From Bacteroidales bacterium (lineage in GTDB: Bacteria; Bacteroidota; Bacteroidia; Bacteroidales; VadinHA17): a stretch of 64,000 nt of DNA. Below are positions 1-12,680 of the stretch, one piece after another. Within the stretch, counting starts at the first letter, position 1. The number at the start of each line of letters is the position of its first letter. A program made the position numbers and the translations under genes. The notes beneath the pieces were generated by a model. It saw only the letters and a list, made by a program, of their open reading frames with translations. It did not search any database and had not been told where the DNA came from. Location: the NCBI GenBank assembly GCA_049294275.1, contig JBAQCQ010000086.1, positions 34,160-98,159 on the forward strand, read 5' to 3'.

Positions 1-2578
<2,578 letters not shown>

Positions 2579-3076
2579 TCATTTCATGTCATTTGACTCT
2601 TCAGAAGGAATATCCTCAGGATAGTTTATGTTTTTAAAAGCCCGAAGGGTGGCTGCCGAGCGCGGCAGATCGAAATACCTGGTATTCACCAGCTTGTAAA
2701 AGTCAATTACTGCCGGGCTTCCCCCTGAAGCAAGGTAACTCTCCAGCACGCCGTGAAGGCTGCAACTGTAAACGGAATGCAACGGTTCAGCCATGACTCC
2801 GATCCGTGCCACGAGGATGTCTGCAGGATCCCTGAGTATCTCATTCGCCTGCTCCTTAATCATCTTCTCTGAGAGCCATGGCATGTCACTCCCGAAGACA
2901 AACAGCAGGGGTGATGAGGAGATCTTCAGAGCCGCCTCTATTCCCCCGAGCGGACCAAGTCCAGGGAAATTGTCATCGACCGGAATGACACCGTCGGGAA
3001 GGGGACTGTTTCCCTTCCACCCGGCAAGTATTATCTCGCTGAAGAGAGGTTCAAGAATGGCAATGGTGCGACTCAC
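2579..3076 (-). CDS. MobA-like NTP transferase (molybdenum cofactor guanylyltransferase family); the true 5' end is probably near 3184
   Basis: ORF track gives 165 aa from a GTG start. MobA-like core motifs are FPGLGPLGGIEAAL and LFVFGSDMPW. The family's N-terminal motif (ISAAILAGGKASRFGGINKALIEIEGVPIV) is encoded in the same frame upstream (3077..3160), but no ATG, GTG or TTG precedes it. Confidence 0.7.
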   Translation of the reverse strand: MSRTIAILEPLFSEIILAGWKGNSPLPDGVIPVDDNFPGLGPLGGIEAALKISSSPLLFVFGSDMPWLSEKMIKEQANEILRDPADILVARIGVMAEPLHSVYSCSLHGVLESYLASGGSPAVIDFYKLVNTRYFDLPRSAATLRAFKNINYPEDIPSEESNDMK

Positions 3077-3180
3077 AATAGGGACGCCCTCTATCTCGAT
3101 AAGCGCCTTGTTTATGCCACCGAAACGTGATGCCTTCCCGCCGGCAAGAATGGCAGCCGATATGTCAGGAAAACTCTTTT

Positions 3181-4851
3181 TCAGAATAGTCCGCTTATCT
3201 GTCCCTTGTCATTGATGTCTATCTTCTCGGCAGACGGCACCGTTGGCAATCCCGGCATTCTCATTATTGCACCGGCAATGGGTACAATGAACCCGGCTCC
3301 TGATGAGAGCTCCACCTTACGTATGCGGATTGTGAAGTCCCTCGGCCTGTTGCGCCGGGCCTGGTCATCTGAGAGCGATTTCTGGGTCTTGGCAATGCAG
3401 ACAGCCAGATTCCCAAGTCCCAGGTCAGCAATCTTCTTCAGTTGTTCTTTGGCTTCGAGGGTGTATTCCACATTCTTTGCCCCGTACATCAGGGTGGTGA
3501 TTGTCTCAATCTTCTTTTCCAGAGGCCAGGAGAGGTCATACAACGGCGTGAAACAGTCGACGCATGCCTCAGTAGCTTCGATGACTGCCTCAGCAAGTTC
3601 GGCAGCTCCCTTTCCTCCGTCTGCCCAGGCGGTGTTTACAGCCACCCTGACATTATGTTCTTCGCAGTATTTCTTAAGCAGGTCAATTTCGGCCTGGGTA
3701 TCGGAGCTGAACCGGTTGACGGCAATCACCGGTCTGAACCCGTAATAATGCATGTTCTCAATATGCTTATCGAGGTTCTCAAAGCCCTTGGAAAGCGCCT
3801 CAAGGTTCTCGCCGGCCAGCTCGGAGAGCTTTACGCCGCCGTGATATTTCAGGGCCCTGATGGTTGCCACGATGACGACGGCATTAGTCTTTAATTTGCC
3901 TACCTGCGACTTGATGTTGAAAAACTTCTCGGCACCCAGCTCGCTTGCAAAACCGGCTTCTGTAACAACATAGTCACTCAGTGTGAGTCCCATCTTTGTT
4001 GCGAGAATGGAGTTGGTTCCCTGGGCAATGTTTGCAAAGGGACCTCCATGTATTATGGCAGGTGTGCCTTCGAGTGTCTGAACCAGGTTGGGTTTGAGGG
4101 CGTCCTTGAGAAGGGCGGCCATGGCTCCCTGAGCCTTCAGGTCACGTGCAAAGACCGGCTTCCCTGCATATGTGTATCCTATGAAAATGTTGCCCAGACG
4201 CTCCTTCAGGTCACTTATGCCCGTTGCCAGGCACAGGATGGCCATCACCTCCGATGCGGCCGTGATGTCAAAACCTGTCTCCCGGGGTACGCCCTGGGCT
4301 GTTCCGCCAAGACCAATTACTATATCCCTCAGTGCCCGGTCATTCATGTCAATAACCCTCTTCCAGGCGATCGTCCTTGGGTCAATACCCAGGTTGCTCT
4401 CACCGGCCTGAATATTGTTGTCGATCATAGCTGACAGAAGATTATGAGCCTTCTCCACCGCCGAGAGATCGCCGGTAAAGTGCAGGTTAATATCCTCCAT
4501 CGGTATCACCTGCGAAAAACCGCCTCCGGCAGCACCACCCTTTATACCAAAGACAGGTCCAAGAGATGGTTCACGCAAAACCACGGTAGCCTTTTTCCCA
4601 AGCAGGTTGAGACCCTGGGCAAGCCCGATCGATGTTGTGGTCTTTCCTTCGCCGGCAGGCGTTGGCGTAATGGCAGTGACAAGAATAAGCTTTGCCTTTG
4701 CCGCCTTCTTTTCGTCAATCAGGGAGAGGGGAAGTTTGGCTTTGTACTTTCCGTATAGTTCAAGGTCGTCTTCAGTCAGGCCAAGTTTTGCAGCAACCTC
4801 GGTTATGGGTCTGATAAAGGCACCCTGGGCAATCTCGATGTCTGTCTTCAT
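3181..4851 (-). CDS. fhs: Formate--tetrahydrofolate ligase
   Basis: 556 aa. It shows the typical FTHFS sequence throughout: [31 protein letters not shown] and [10 protein letters not shown]. Confidence 0.95.
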   Translation of the reverse strand: MKTDIEIAQGAFIRPITEVAAKLGLTEDDLELYGKYKAKLPLSLIDEKKAAKAKLILVTAITPTPAGEGKTTTSIGLAQGLNLLGKKATVVLREPSLGPVFGIKGGAAGGGFSQVIPMEDINLHFTGDLSAVEKAHNLLSAMIDNNIQAGESNLGIDPRTIAWKRVIDMNDRALRDIVIGLGGTAQGVPRETGFDITAASEVMAILCLATGISDLKERLGNIFIGYTYAGKPVFARDLKAQGAMAALLKDALKPNLVQTLEGTPAIIHGGPFANIAQGTNSILATKMGLTLSDYVVTEAGFASELGAEKFFNIKSQVGKLKTNAVVIVATIRALKYHGGVKLSELAGENLEALSKGFENLDKHIENMHYYGFRPVIAVNRFSSDTQAEIDLLKKYCEEHNVRVAVNTAWADGGKGAAELAEAVIEATEACVDCFTPLYDLSWPLEKKIETITTLMYGAKNVEYTLEAKEQLKKIADLGLGNLAVCIAKTQKSLSDDQARRNRPRDFTIRIRKVELSSGAGFIVPIAGAIMRMPGLPTVPSAEKIDINDKGQISGLF

Positions 4852-4943
4852 AGGTGATATGATTGGATGGGATAAATTTAAGATTTAATTCATTTTCCTG
4901 AGAACAAATATTTCTTGTGAAAGTTTAGTTGAACAAAACAGAT

Positions 4944-6329
4944 TTACAGTATTTCACTAAAGCCCGACTGGTTTTCCATGCGTATACGCCACGACTGCGG
5001 GTAACCATTGTTCAACCTGTTTCCGAGGTTGTTTACAAACCCCAGGGGAACCCCGCGGTATTTAACAAGGACCCTTCCCACAGGCATCGATACCGCAGGA
5101 TGCAGCTCAAGCCTGAGGTATGCAAGGGCCTCATCATACGAGAGTACATGCTCAGGCCAAGAACCGCGTTTTTGTTTCACGGACATTGCCAGGTCATGAG
5201 CCGGCACCAGGTCATCGTTCTTCAGCTCGCCGATCATGGTTCCAGACTTAATTACCGTAAGCTTTTCGCTCAGCTGGCTTATAACATCCCTGTCTGCGGC
5301 CAGGGCAATGATCCTGTTTCCCGACATGACCACCCTGTCACGGTTAAAATCAGCCAGTGGTTCCGATCTGCTGAATGCAAAGGAAGAGAGGCTGATGGCT
5401 CCTCTCCTGCCATCACTGTGTGCACCCCCGGGTCCGGCCGGTTTACGCACGGCAGCTATGAAAAAGCCCTCTCCGCGGACCCTCCCCGGATGAAAGGCAT
5501 AGCCATGAATTCCTCCGTAACTTATGACAGTGATGCCCCGGGTACCCTTAAGATCAGCAGTCAGAGGCTCCGATCCGGTAGTCTCCATGATCCACGAGAT
5601 GTTCTCCTCATTCTCGGCAGGATTGAAGGTACAGGTGGAGTATATAAGGATGCCTCCCGGTTTAAGGGCGGGCCAGACCTCCATGATTATCCGGCGCTGT
5701 CTGTCACTGCATAACCTTGCATTCTGCAGGGACCACTCCCTGACGGCTGCTGGATTACGGAACATACCCTCCCCCGAACATGGAGCATCTGCGACAATGA
5801 CATCAAAGAACCCCGGCAGGGAGGCGAAGCGTGCCGGGTCGTTCAGCGTCACAACAGTGTTGCCCATGCCCCATTTCGTGATGTTTTCCGCAAGGACAGC
5901 CGACCTGGTCCTGATTACCTCGTTGGCAACCAGCAGCCCGTCATCGCCAACGATCGCCGACAGGTGGGTGGCCTTTCCGCCGGGAGCACCGCAGAGGTCA
6001 AGAACCCGCAGAGAGGTCATGCCTGCGGTGAGCTGGCGGAAGAACTCCCCGGCAAACATGCCTGATGATTCCTGGGGATAAAATACGCCCGCATGAAAGA
6101 GAGGGTCAGGGGTAAAGAGCGTCTTCCCCGGCAGATAATAACCGTCATGCTCCCAGCTCACTCTTTCATACCTCGTAACGGGCTGGGGCCATTTGCGACG
6201 GTTTACCCTGACGGAGGGCTCAGCCGGCCGGCTCAGTGCATCAACAATACCGGCACTGTCAAAATATGACTGATTACTTATCCGTTCAAGGAATTCTTCA
6301 GGAAGCATCATCGTCTGATCTGGATGCAA
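4944..6329 (-). CDS. RsmB/RsmF-family (NOL1/NOP2/Sun) rRNA cytosine-C5 methyltransferase
   Basis: 461 aa. SAM-MTase motifs are VLDLCGAPGGKATHL and DVIVADAPCSGEGMFR, with the second catalytic Cys in LIYSTCTF. The start may instead be the MMLPEEF Met at about 6311. Confidence 0.85.
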   Translation of the reverse strand: MHPDQTMMLPEEFLERISNQSYFDSAGIVDALSRPAEPSVRVNRRKWPQPVTRYERVSWEHDGYYLPGKTLFTPDPLFHAGVFYPQESSGMFAGEFFRQLTAGMTSLRVLDLCGAPGGKATHLSAIVGDDGLLVANEVIRTRSAVLAENITKWGMGNTVVTLNDPARFASLPGFFDVIVADAPCSGEGMFRNPAAVREWSLQNARLCSDRQRRIIMEVWPALKPGGILIYSTCTFNPAENEENISWIMETTGSEPLTADLKGTRGITVISYGGIHGYAFHPGRVRGEGFFIAAVRKPAGPGGAHSDGRRGAISLSSFAFSRSEPLADFNRDRVVMSGNRIIALAADRDVISQLSEKLTVIKSGTMIGELKNDDLVPAHDLAMSVKQKRGSWPEHVLSYDEALAYLRLELHPAVSMPVGRVLVKYRGVPLGFVNNLGNRLNNGYPQSWRIRMENQSGFSEIL

Positions 6330-6361
6330 AGATAAACATTGAGTCCAAACCGTATAAAAGA

Positions 6362-6389
6362 ATACCGCCCCGGTCGTCCGGAGCGGTAT
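6362..6389 (-). terminator. Candidate intrinsic terminator downstream of the CDF transporter gene
   Basis: Hairpin ATACCGC-C-CCGG tcgt CCGG-A-GCGGTAT (7+4 bp stem). On the minus strand it is followed by TTCTTTTATACG. It lies about 180 nt after the stop at 6567. Confidence 0.45.
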
Positions 6390-6566
6390 ATAATAACCCC
6401 TAAAACCTAAACTGTCTTATAATGCGGTATTTGTGTGACAAAACGCTTACCAGACTGTAGTGTATGGGATACACTAATTAGGCAGTCCAAATGTATCGTT
6501 GATTTCATACGCCCGGGATGACATATCTCATGATTAGTTCCTTTTAACATTTTTTAGGGCAGGGAG

Positions 6567-7184
6567 TCAGGAGATGAGCTCGCGTCCAGAGTCCCGGAGC
6601 AACCCGAGCGACCATTTGATGATTACTGCGGAGCTGATGAGTGCAGCAATGGCATCAACATAGGGCAGCCCCCATATCATTGCAACAACAAGCCCGAGGA
6701 TGGCGGCCACGCTTGTAATGGCATCGGCAAGCACGTGAAGATAAGCAGCCCTGATGTTATTGTCCCTCTCCTCTTTGTCATGGTGGAGCAGGAAAGCACT
6801 GAGGATGTTCACCCCCAGACCTATGAATGCGATCATTATGGCTTCCCTGTATTCTATGACGCGCGGATTGATGAATCTCCCCACTGCACCGGCAATTATC
6901 ATGGCTGCAAAAATAAGCAGCATGAGCCCGCTGGTGTACCCCGACAGTGTCAGTATCCTGTCATTGCTACCGGTAAACGAAGGATTGGATGAGAGCTTCT
7001 GTACCAGGACATAAGCGGCCCAGCTCAGGCCTATGGCAAGCACATGAGATCCCATGTGTATGCCGTCTGCCATAAGAGCCATTGAGCCTGTCAGCCACCC
7101 GGCTATGATCTCTATAACCATAGTAACCGCGGTGAGTAAGACTACCCACTTGGTCCTTTTCCTGTTTCTTTCAATAGCTGTCAC
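6567..7184 (-). CDS. Cation diffusion facilitator (CDF) family transporter, short form with the membrane domain only
   Basis: 205 aa from a GTG start. CDF signatures are GSMALMADGIHMGSH (TM2 HxxxD-like site) and AAYLHVLADAITSV (TM5 HxxxD). The protein ends right after TM6, and I found no cytoplasmic C-terminal domain in any downstream frame. Confidence 0.8.
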   Translation of the reverse strand: MTAIERNRKRTKWVVLLTAVTMVIEIIAGWLTGSMALMADGIHMGSHVLAIGLSWAAYVLVQKLSSNPSFTGSNDRILTLSGYTSGLMLLIFAAMIIAGAVGRFINPRVIEYREAIMIAFIGLGVNILSAFLLHHDKEERDNNIRAAYLHVLADAITSVAAILGLVVAMIWGLPYVDAIAALISSAVIIKWSLGLLRDSGRELIS

Positions 7185-7215
7185 AGCCTATAAACGATAA
7201 GCAACCTTCTATTGT

Positions 7216-9846
7216 TTAGTCCGTCATACTTATTTCCCTGCCGGTCAGCCTGAAACGTGCGGTAAGCGTCATGTCCTGATCCTGCCCGGTCAACCCTGAT
7301 GACCCCGGTTGCCTGCCACCCACGGCGACGGTAAACCAGCCGGGTTCGATCACCCTGGCATCACTCCTGTTGATCATTGAGAACTGTTCAGCCCTGAGGA
7401 TGAACTCCAGTGTGCGGCTCTCCCCTGCTTCAAGGTGTACGCGCTTGAATCCCTCAAGCTGACGCAATGGTCGTGGCGTGGATGCCTTTTCGTCAGTGAC
7501 ATACAACTGTATCACCTCATCCCCTGCCATCTCACCTGTGTTGGTGACGGTAACCTCTACCTTAACATCACTGCCTGCGGCCACCTTTTCCGGAACCCTC
7601 AGGCCACTGTAGGCAAAGGATGTGTAACTCAGTCCGAACCCGAACGGATAGAGTGGAGTACCTGTAAAATAGCGGTAGGTCCTGTTTGACATATCATACT
7701 CATCGAACGCGGGCAGCTGTTCAACGGAGCTGTAATATGTCACAGGCAGCCGCCCGGCAGGATTATAATCACCGAAGAGCACATCGGCGATTGCGTTTCC
7801 CCCTTCCACTCCCGGATACCCCGCTAGCAGTACTGCAGCTGTCTTCTCCTGCACCTGCGGAGATGACACAGGACCACCGTTCATCAATACGACAATCACG
7901 GGTTTTCCGGTGGCAGTCAGTGCTGAAAGCAGTTCCTCCTGGTTTGCCGGCAGGTTCAGGCTGGTGCGGTCACCGCCGGAGAACCCCTCTATATGTATGT
8001 CCATCTCCTCACCCTCCAGTCTCTGTGAGAGGCCCAGAACGGCAATTATAACATCAGCCCCGGAGGCAATCGTCACAGCCTCCTCCTTCATATCTGTCCC
8101 TGGCAAAGCCCAGAGGAGCTTCATATCTGCGTCGCCGCTGTGATTCCTGTACAACACTTCTATCTTCCTTTTTTCTCCTGCGGTCATGTCAACCGGCACC
8201 TCCTTGTGAAAAGCATGATGCTCGCCACGGTAACGCATGACAGTGTCACCATCGAGGATGATCTTGTACTCGGACGAACCCCATGCTCCAAGTGAGTACC
8301 GGCCCGTAACGGGGGGATCCAGCCATGCCGTCCACCGGATGCCAAAATCATTTACCGGCATCAGGTGATGGGGCGAGACGTTCTCCCAGTAGAAGTCAAT
8401 CATGTCGTCAGTTCTTGTAAAGAGAGGCTCCCCCGTCATCTCCCTGCTGCTGTAATACTCGCCCCTTACACCCTGTTGACCATCAGGTGTAATCAGGTGG
8501 CATGATTGTACAGGAACCAGGTTGTGTACCCCGGGGGCCAGGTCAGTACCCTCTGCACTGACCACCTGTGCACAGGATGAGACTTTTGAAATTATGCCGT
8601 CAAGAGCAGTCACAGGATCCTTCGGTATACCGTTGTAGTTCCCAATCAGCGCCTCCCGGTTATCTGCATTTGGTCCGATAACTGCAATGGTTCTGACATC
8701 GTCTCCAAGGGGCAGGATGCCATTATTCTTAAGCAGTACAATGGATTCGCAGGCGGCTCTTCTGGCCAGTGACCTGTTGTAGTCAGAGCAGTTTGCCTGG
8801 TAAGGTATCTGAGCATATTCCACAATACTGTCGGGGTCGAACATTCCGAGTTTAAAGCGAGCCAGCATCACTCTCTTTACAGCCCTGTCAATATCGTTTT
8901 CAGTTATAAGTCCGAGTTTGTATGATTCCATGAGGTGACTGTAGTCGGTCCCGCACTCAAGATCAGTGCCCGCCTTCAAAGCCCGGGCAGCCGCTTCTGC
9001 AGGGCTGCCGGCGTATCCCTGAAAATTATAGAAGTCGGATATTGCCCAGCAGTCTGATACAATGTAGCCTTCAAAGCCCCATTCATTCCTGAGAATCCCA
9101 TACAGCTCATCATTGGCGCAGGCCGGATGGCCGCGGAACTGATTGTAGGCTCCCATGACAGAATAAACTTTGCCCTCCCTGACAAGTGTGCGGAAGGCGG
9201 GCAGGTAAGTCTCACGCAAATCACGCTCGCTTATCTGAGCATTGAATTGATGCCTCAGAGGCTCGGGCCCTGAATGAACTGCATAATGCTTAGCCGTTGC
9301 AATGGTCTTGAAATACTTCTGATCAGAGCCCTGCATGCCCTGCACAAACCTGAGACCCAGCCGGCCTGTGAGGTATGGATCCTCGCCATAGGTCTCATGT
9401 CCCCTCCCCCAGCGCGGGTCTCTGAATATATTGATATTTGGCGACCAGAATGTCAGGCCGTGGTATATACCCGGGTCCCCTCGCCTTAAAAACTCGTGAT
9501 ACTTGGCCCTGGCCTCATCTGAGATGGCATTGGCCACATCGAGCATCAGCTCCTCATCCCAGCTGTTGGCAATAGTGATCGACTGTGGGAAGACGGTGGC
9601 ATAGCCGGCACGGGCCACCCCGTGAAGGGCCTCATTCCACCAGTTGTACTCCGGAACACCCAGCCGGGGAATGGCCGGAGCCGTGTAGAGCAGCTGGGCT
9701 GCCTTCTCTTCAAGGGTCATGCGGCCGACAAGGTCATTCACACGCTCATCAAACGGAAGATCAGTATTAAGGTAGACAGTAGCCTGGGCATACAAGGCCC
9801 CGGTTATCATTAAAACCAGAAACGAAAAAAAGATTATTCTTTGCAT
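7216..9846 (-). CDS. GH3 glycoside hydrolase (beta-glucosidase/beta-xylosidase type) with an inserted PA14 domain
   Basis: ORF 7216..9909. The likely start is MQRIIFFSFLVLMITGALYAQ (signal peptide) at 9846. GH3 motifs are FRDPRWGRGHETYGEDP, KHYAVHSGPE and GYIVSDCWAI (nucleophile Asp). A PA14-like insert reads GEYYSSREMTGEPLFTRTDDMIDFYW...FGIRWTAWLDPPVTGRYSL. A C-terminal Fn3-like domain follows. Confidence 0.9.
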   Translation of the reverse strand: MQRIIFFSFLVLMITGALYAQATVYLNTDLPFDERVNDLVGRMTLEEKAAQLLYTAPAIPRLGVPEYNWWNEALHGVARAGYATVFPQSITIANSWDEELMLDVANAISDEARAKYHEFLRRGDPGIYHGLTFWSPNINIFRDPRWGRGHETYGEDPYLTGRLGLRFVQGMQGSDQKYFKTIATAKHYAVHSGPEPLRHQFNAQISERDLRETYLPAFRTLVREGKVYSVMGAYNQFRGHPACANDELYGILRNEWGFEGYIVSDCWAISDFYNFQGYAGSPAEAAARALKAGTDLECGTDYSHLMESYKLGLITENDIDRAVKRVMLARFKLGMFDPDSIVEYAQIPYQANCSDYNRSLARRAACESIVLLKNNGILPLGDDVRTIAVIGPNADNREALIGNYNGIPKDPVTALDGIISKVSSCAQVVSAEGTDLAPGVHNLVPVQSCHLITPDGQQGVRGEYYSSREMTGEPLFTRTDDMIDFYWENVSPHHLMPVNDFGIRWTAWLDPPVTGRYSLGAWGSSEYKIILDGDTVMRYRGEHHAFHKEVPVDMTAGEKRKIEVLYRNHSGDADMKLLWALPGTDMKEEAVTIASGADVIIAVLGLSQRLEGEEMDIHIEGFSGGDRTSLNLPANQEELLSALTATGKPVIVVLMNGGPVSSPQVQEKTAAVLLAGYPGVEGGNAIADVLFGDYNPAGRLPVTYYSSVEQLPAFDEYDMSNRTYRYFTGTPLYPFGFGLSYTSFAYSGLRVPEKVAAGSDVKVEVTVTNTGEMAGDEVIQLYVTDEKASTPRPLRQLEGFKRVHLEAGESRTLEFILRAEQFSMINRSDARVIEPGWFTVAVGGRQPGSSGLTGQDQDMTLTARFRLTGREISMTD

Positions 9847-9943
9847 CTGCAGAAAATATGTTTTAACGATGTTAAAGTTAGGATTTATTACCTTTGGGAA
9901 GAGCCTCAACCCACTTTCAGATTAACAAAACAGCAATCAGATC

Positions 9944-11290
9944 ATGACCAACAGAAGAACATTCGTAAAAAAAAGCCTGCTGGCTTCAGCCGGAATTGCA
10001 GGATTCGGATCCGTGAAATCACTCTATGGCATACCCGGAAGAAGAGTGAACCCGTCAGACAGGATACGCGTGGCACTGATCGGGGGCCGCAACATGGGAT
10101 GGTCCAACCTCGAGACATTCCTGAAATTTCCGCAGGTGCAATGCACATCGCTCTGTGACATTGATGATGAGTGGCTTAACAAGAGAGCCTCAGATGTTGA
10201 AAAGATTGCCGGTAGGAAGCCACAGCAGCTTGTGAAGGACTGGCGGAAGGTGATGGATAACCGGGATGTTGATGCCGTCATTGTTGCCACGCCTGATCAC
10301 TGGCACTGTCTCCAGGCCATCGCAGCAATGGAGGCCGGCAAGGATGTATATTGCGAAAAGCCGCTCGCCAACTCAATTGCGGAATGCGATGCCATGGTCA
10401 GGGCGGCAAGAAAACATAAACGTGTTGTTCAGACCGGTCAGTGGCAACGCAGTGACCCCCACTGGCAGGATGCCGTGGCCTTCATCCATTCCGGCAGACT
10501 GGGTCGCATAAGAACAGTCAAGGTATGGGCTTATATGATCTGGAAGAAGACTCTTCCCGTTCAGCCCGACGGTCCGGTACCGGCCGGGGTAGACTATGAG
10601 ATGTGGCTGGGTCCGGCCAGGCACCGTATGTTCAACCCGAACCGTTTTCACTACAATTTCAGATATTTCTGGGATTATGCAGGTGGACTGATGTCAGACT
10701 GGGGAGTGCACCTCCTCGACTATGCCCTTCTGGGAATGAAAGCTGATCTTCCAAAGGCAGTCTATACCGCCGGCGGAAAATTTGCCTACCCTACCGATGC
10801 AATGGAAACCCCTGACACCCTCCTGGCCTCGTATGTCTATGACGATTTCACAATCAGCTGGGATCATGCATGCGGAATAAAGGACGGGCCCTACGGACGA
10901 GAGCACGGACTGGCATTCCTTGGTGAGAACGGCACCCTGGTGCTCGACCGCAATGGCTGGGAAGTGATCCCGGAGGTCGATTCCGCACCGAGGATGGAGG
11001 CGGTTCCCCTGCGGACCAAATCGGAGACTGTCGAGGGACAGGCTGTTGCCGGCGGAGGTCTGGCAGCTCATGTGGCAAACTTCCTCGACTGCATGTCGAC
11101 CCGGAATTTGCCGAACGCCGAGGTGGCTATCGGGGCACAGGTGGCAAAGATGACCCACCTGGCCAACGTTTCATGCAGGCTGGGGAAACCGCTTACCTGG
11201 AATAACGCCGCAGGAAAATTCGGTGAGAATGATGCAAATGAACTTATCATACCTTACTACAATTCACCCTGGAAATTCCCCCAATACTAA
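9944..11290 (+). CDS. Gfo/Idh/MocA-family oxidoreductase with a twin-arginine (Tat) signal
   Basis: 448 aa. The N-terminus MTNRRTFVKKSLLASAGIAGFGS is a Tat motif. The Rossmann segment is IRVALIGGRNMGWSN, and EKPLAN is the family motif. Confidence 0.9.
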   Translation: MTNRRTFVKKSLLASAGIAGFGSVKSLYGIPGRRVNPSDRIRVALIGGRNMGWSNLETFLKFPQVQCTSLCDIDDEWLNKRASDVEKIAGRKPQQLVKDWRKVMDNRDVDAVIVATPDHWHCLQAIAAMEAGKDVYCEKPLANSIAECDAMVRAARKHKRVVQTGQWQRSDPHWQDAVAFIHSGRLGRIRTVKVWAYMIWKKTLPVQPDGPVPAGVDYEMWLGPARHRMFNPNRFHYNFRYFWDYAGGLMSDWGVHLLDYALLGMKADLPKAVYTAGGKFAYPTDAMETPDTLLASYVYDDFTISWDHACGIKDGPYGREHGLAFLGENGTLVLDRNGWEVIPEVDSAPRMEAVPLRTKSETVEGQAVAGGGLAAHVANFLDCMSTRNLPNAEVAIGAQVAKMTHLANVSCRLGKPLTWNNAAGKFGENDANELIIPYYNSPWKFPQY

Positions 11291-11307
11291 TCTAACAACA
11301 TATACAT

Positions 11308-12657
11308 ATGAAATCAAAACTGACACTGATATTTCTTTCAGCCATATTTACGTTTGCCGGCTGCGGCAAAAGCGACTGGCAGAAGCTGTTTAACGGCAAG
11401 GACTTCAGCGGCTTCGTGCAGCTTGGCGGGAAGGCACAGTACATTGTTGAGGACGGTGTTATGGTGGGTATATCCACCCCCGGCACTCCCAACAGCTTCA
11501 TGTGCACCACGGAGGAGTACACTGACTTTGTACTTGAGTTTGATGCGAAGGCAGACACCCTCCTCAACTCCGGCGTCCAGGTCAGGAGCCACAGCAGGGA
11601 GACCGGTAACGGGGTCCTTGTCTGCGGCTACCAGGTTGAGATCGATCCTACTGACCGCGGATGGAGTGGCGGCATATATGATGAGGCAAGAAGAGGATGG
11701 CTCTACCCTGTCACTCCCAACAACGCTGCTGCCGTCAGGGCATTTGACAGGTACGGGTGGAACAGATACCATGTGGAGGCAACTGGCAACAGGATCAGAA
11801 CATGGGTAAACGGGATACCCGTTGCGGACCTGGTTGACGATGCCGATTCTTCGGGATTCATCGGCTTCCAGGTACATGCAGTGAGAGACGACCTGGCCGG
11901 GACCAGGGTGATGTGGAAGGATATCAGGATTGCCACTGAGAACCTTGCAAAGTATATGATCTCCGATACTGCCGGAATCTACCAGGCAAACTTCATTCCG
12001 AACACCCTGACTGACAGAGAGGTGAACGACGGCTGGAAGCTTCTGTTTGACGGCGCCACTTCAGCAGGCTGGAGAGGAGCTCATAAAAAAGAGTTCCCCG
12101 AATCGGGGTGGGTCATTGAAAACGGGTGCCTGAAAGTGCTTGCCTCGGGTGGCGCCGAGTCAAAAGCCGGCGGAGACATTGTATCCCTGAACGAGTACGG
12201 CAACTTCGATCTCTTTTTTGAGTTCATGATTACTGAAGGTGCCAACAGCGGAGTCAAATACTTCGTCACTGAAGACTACTCCACGACCGGCTCTGCAATC
12301 GGCCTTGAATACCAGATACTGGACGACCTGCGGCATCCTGACGCCAGGATGGGGCGTGACGGCAACAGGACAGTGGCATCGCTGTATGATCTCATTCCGG
12401 CTGCGAACAAGCGGTTTAACGGCGTTGGCCAGTGGAATGCAGCACATATTGTATCATTTAACGGTCATGTCGAGCACTGGCTGAACGGCTTCAGGGTGCT
12501 TGAATACGAGAGGGGCAGCGAGGCATACCGCCAGCTGGTAAGCGAGAGCAAGTACAAGGACTTTGCCGGGTTCGGAGAGGCTGAAAAGGGACACATCCTC
12601 CTGCAGGATCACGGTAACGAGGTCTCTTTCCGCAGTATCAAGATACGGGAGCTCTGA
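11308..12657 (+). CDS. Lipoprotein with two tandem DUF1080 (3-keto-disaccharide hydrolase-like, PF06439) domains
   Basis: 449 aa with lipobox FTFAGCG. There are two repeats of the DUF1080 pattern. The first runs WQKLFNGKDFSGF...GFQVH...VMWKDIRI. The second runs WKLLFDGATSAGWRG...SGVKYF...LEYQILDD...ILLQDHGNEVSFRSIKIREL. Confidence 0.8.
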   Translation: MKSKLTLIFLSAIFTFAGCGKSDWQKLFNGKDFSGFVQLGGKAQYIVEDGVMVGISTPGTPNSFMCTTEEYTDFVLEFDAKADTLLNSGVQVRSHSRETGNGVLVCGYQVEIDPTDRGWSGGIYDEARRGWLYPVTPNNAAAVRAFDRYGWNRYHVEATGNRIRTWVNGIPVADLVDDADSSGFIGFQVHAVRDDLAGTRVMWKDIRIATENLAKYMISDTAGIYQANFIPNTLTDREVNDGWKLLFDGATSAGWRGAHKKEFPESGWVIENGCLKVLASGGAESKAGGDIVSLNEYGNFDLFFEFMITEGANSGVKYFVTEDYSTTGSAIGLEYQILDDLRHPDARMGRDGNRTVASLYDLIPAANKRFNGVGQWNAAHIVSFNGHVEHWLNGFRVLEYERGSEAYRQLVSESKYKDFAGFGEAEKGHILLQDHGNEVSFRSIKIREL

Positions 12658-12680
12658 ATCAGTCGGCAATAGGCAGTCGG

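Noticed and set aside
4929-5714. 261-aa plus-strand ORF
   Set aside because: It is entirely antisense to the RsmB/RsmF-type methyltransferase gene. The product is Arg/His/Pro-rich shadow-frame sequence.
6390-6566. Non-coding stretch checked for a tRNA, a small RNA, or a frameshifted CDF C-terminal domain
   Set aside because: There is no cloverleaf-compatible arms or T-loop consensus. All three frames have early stops and no CDF C-terminal motifs.
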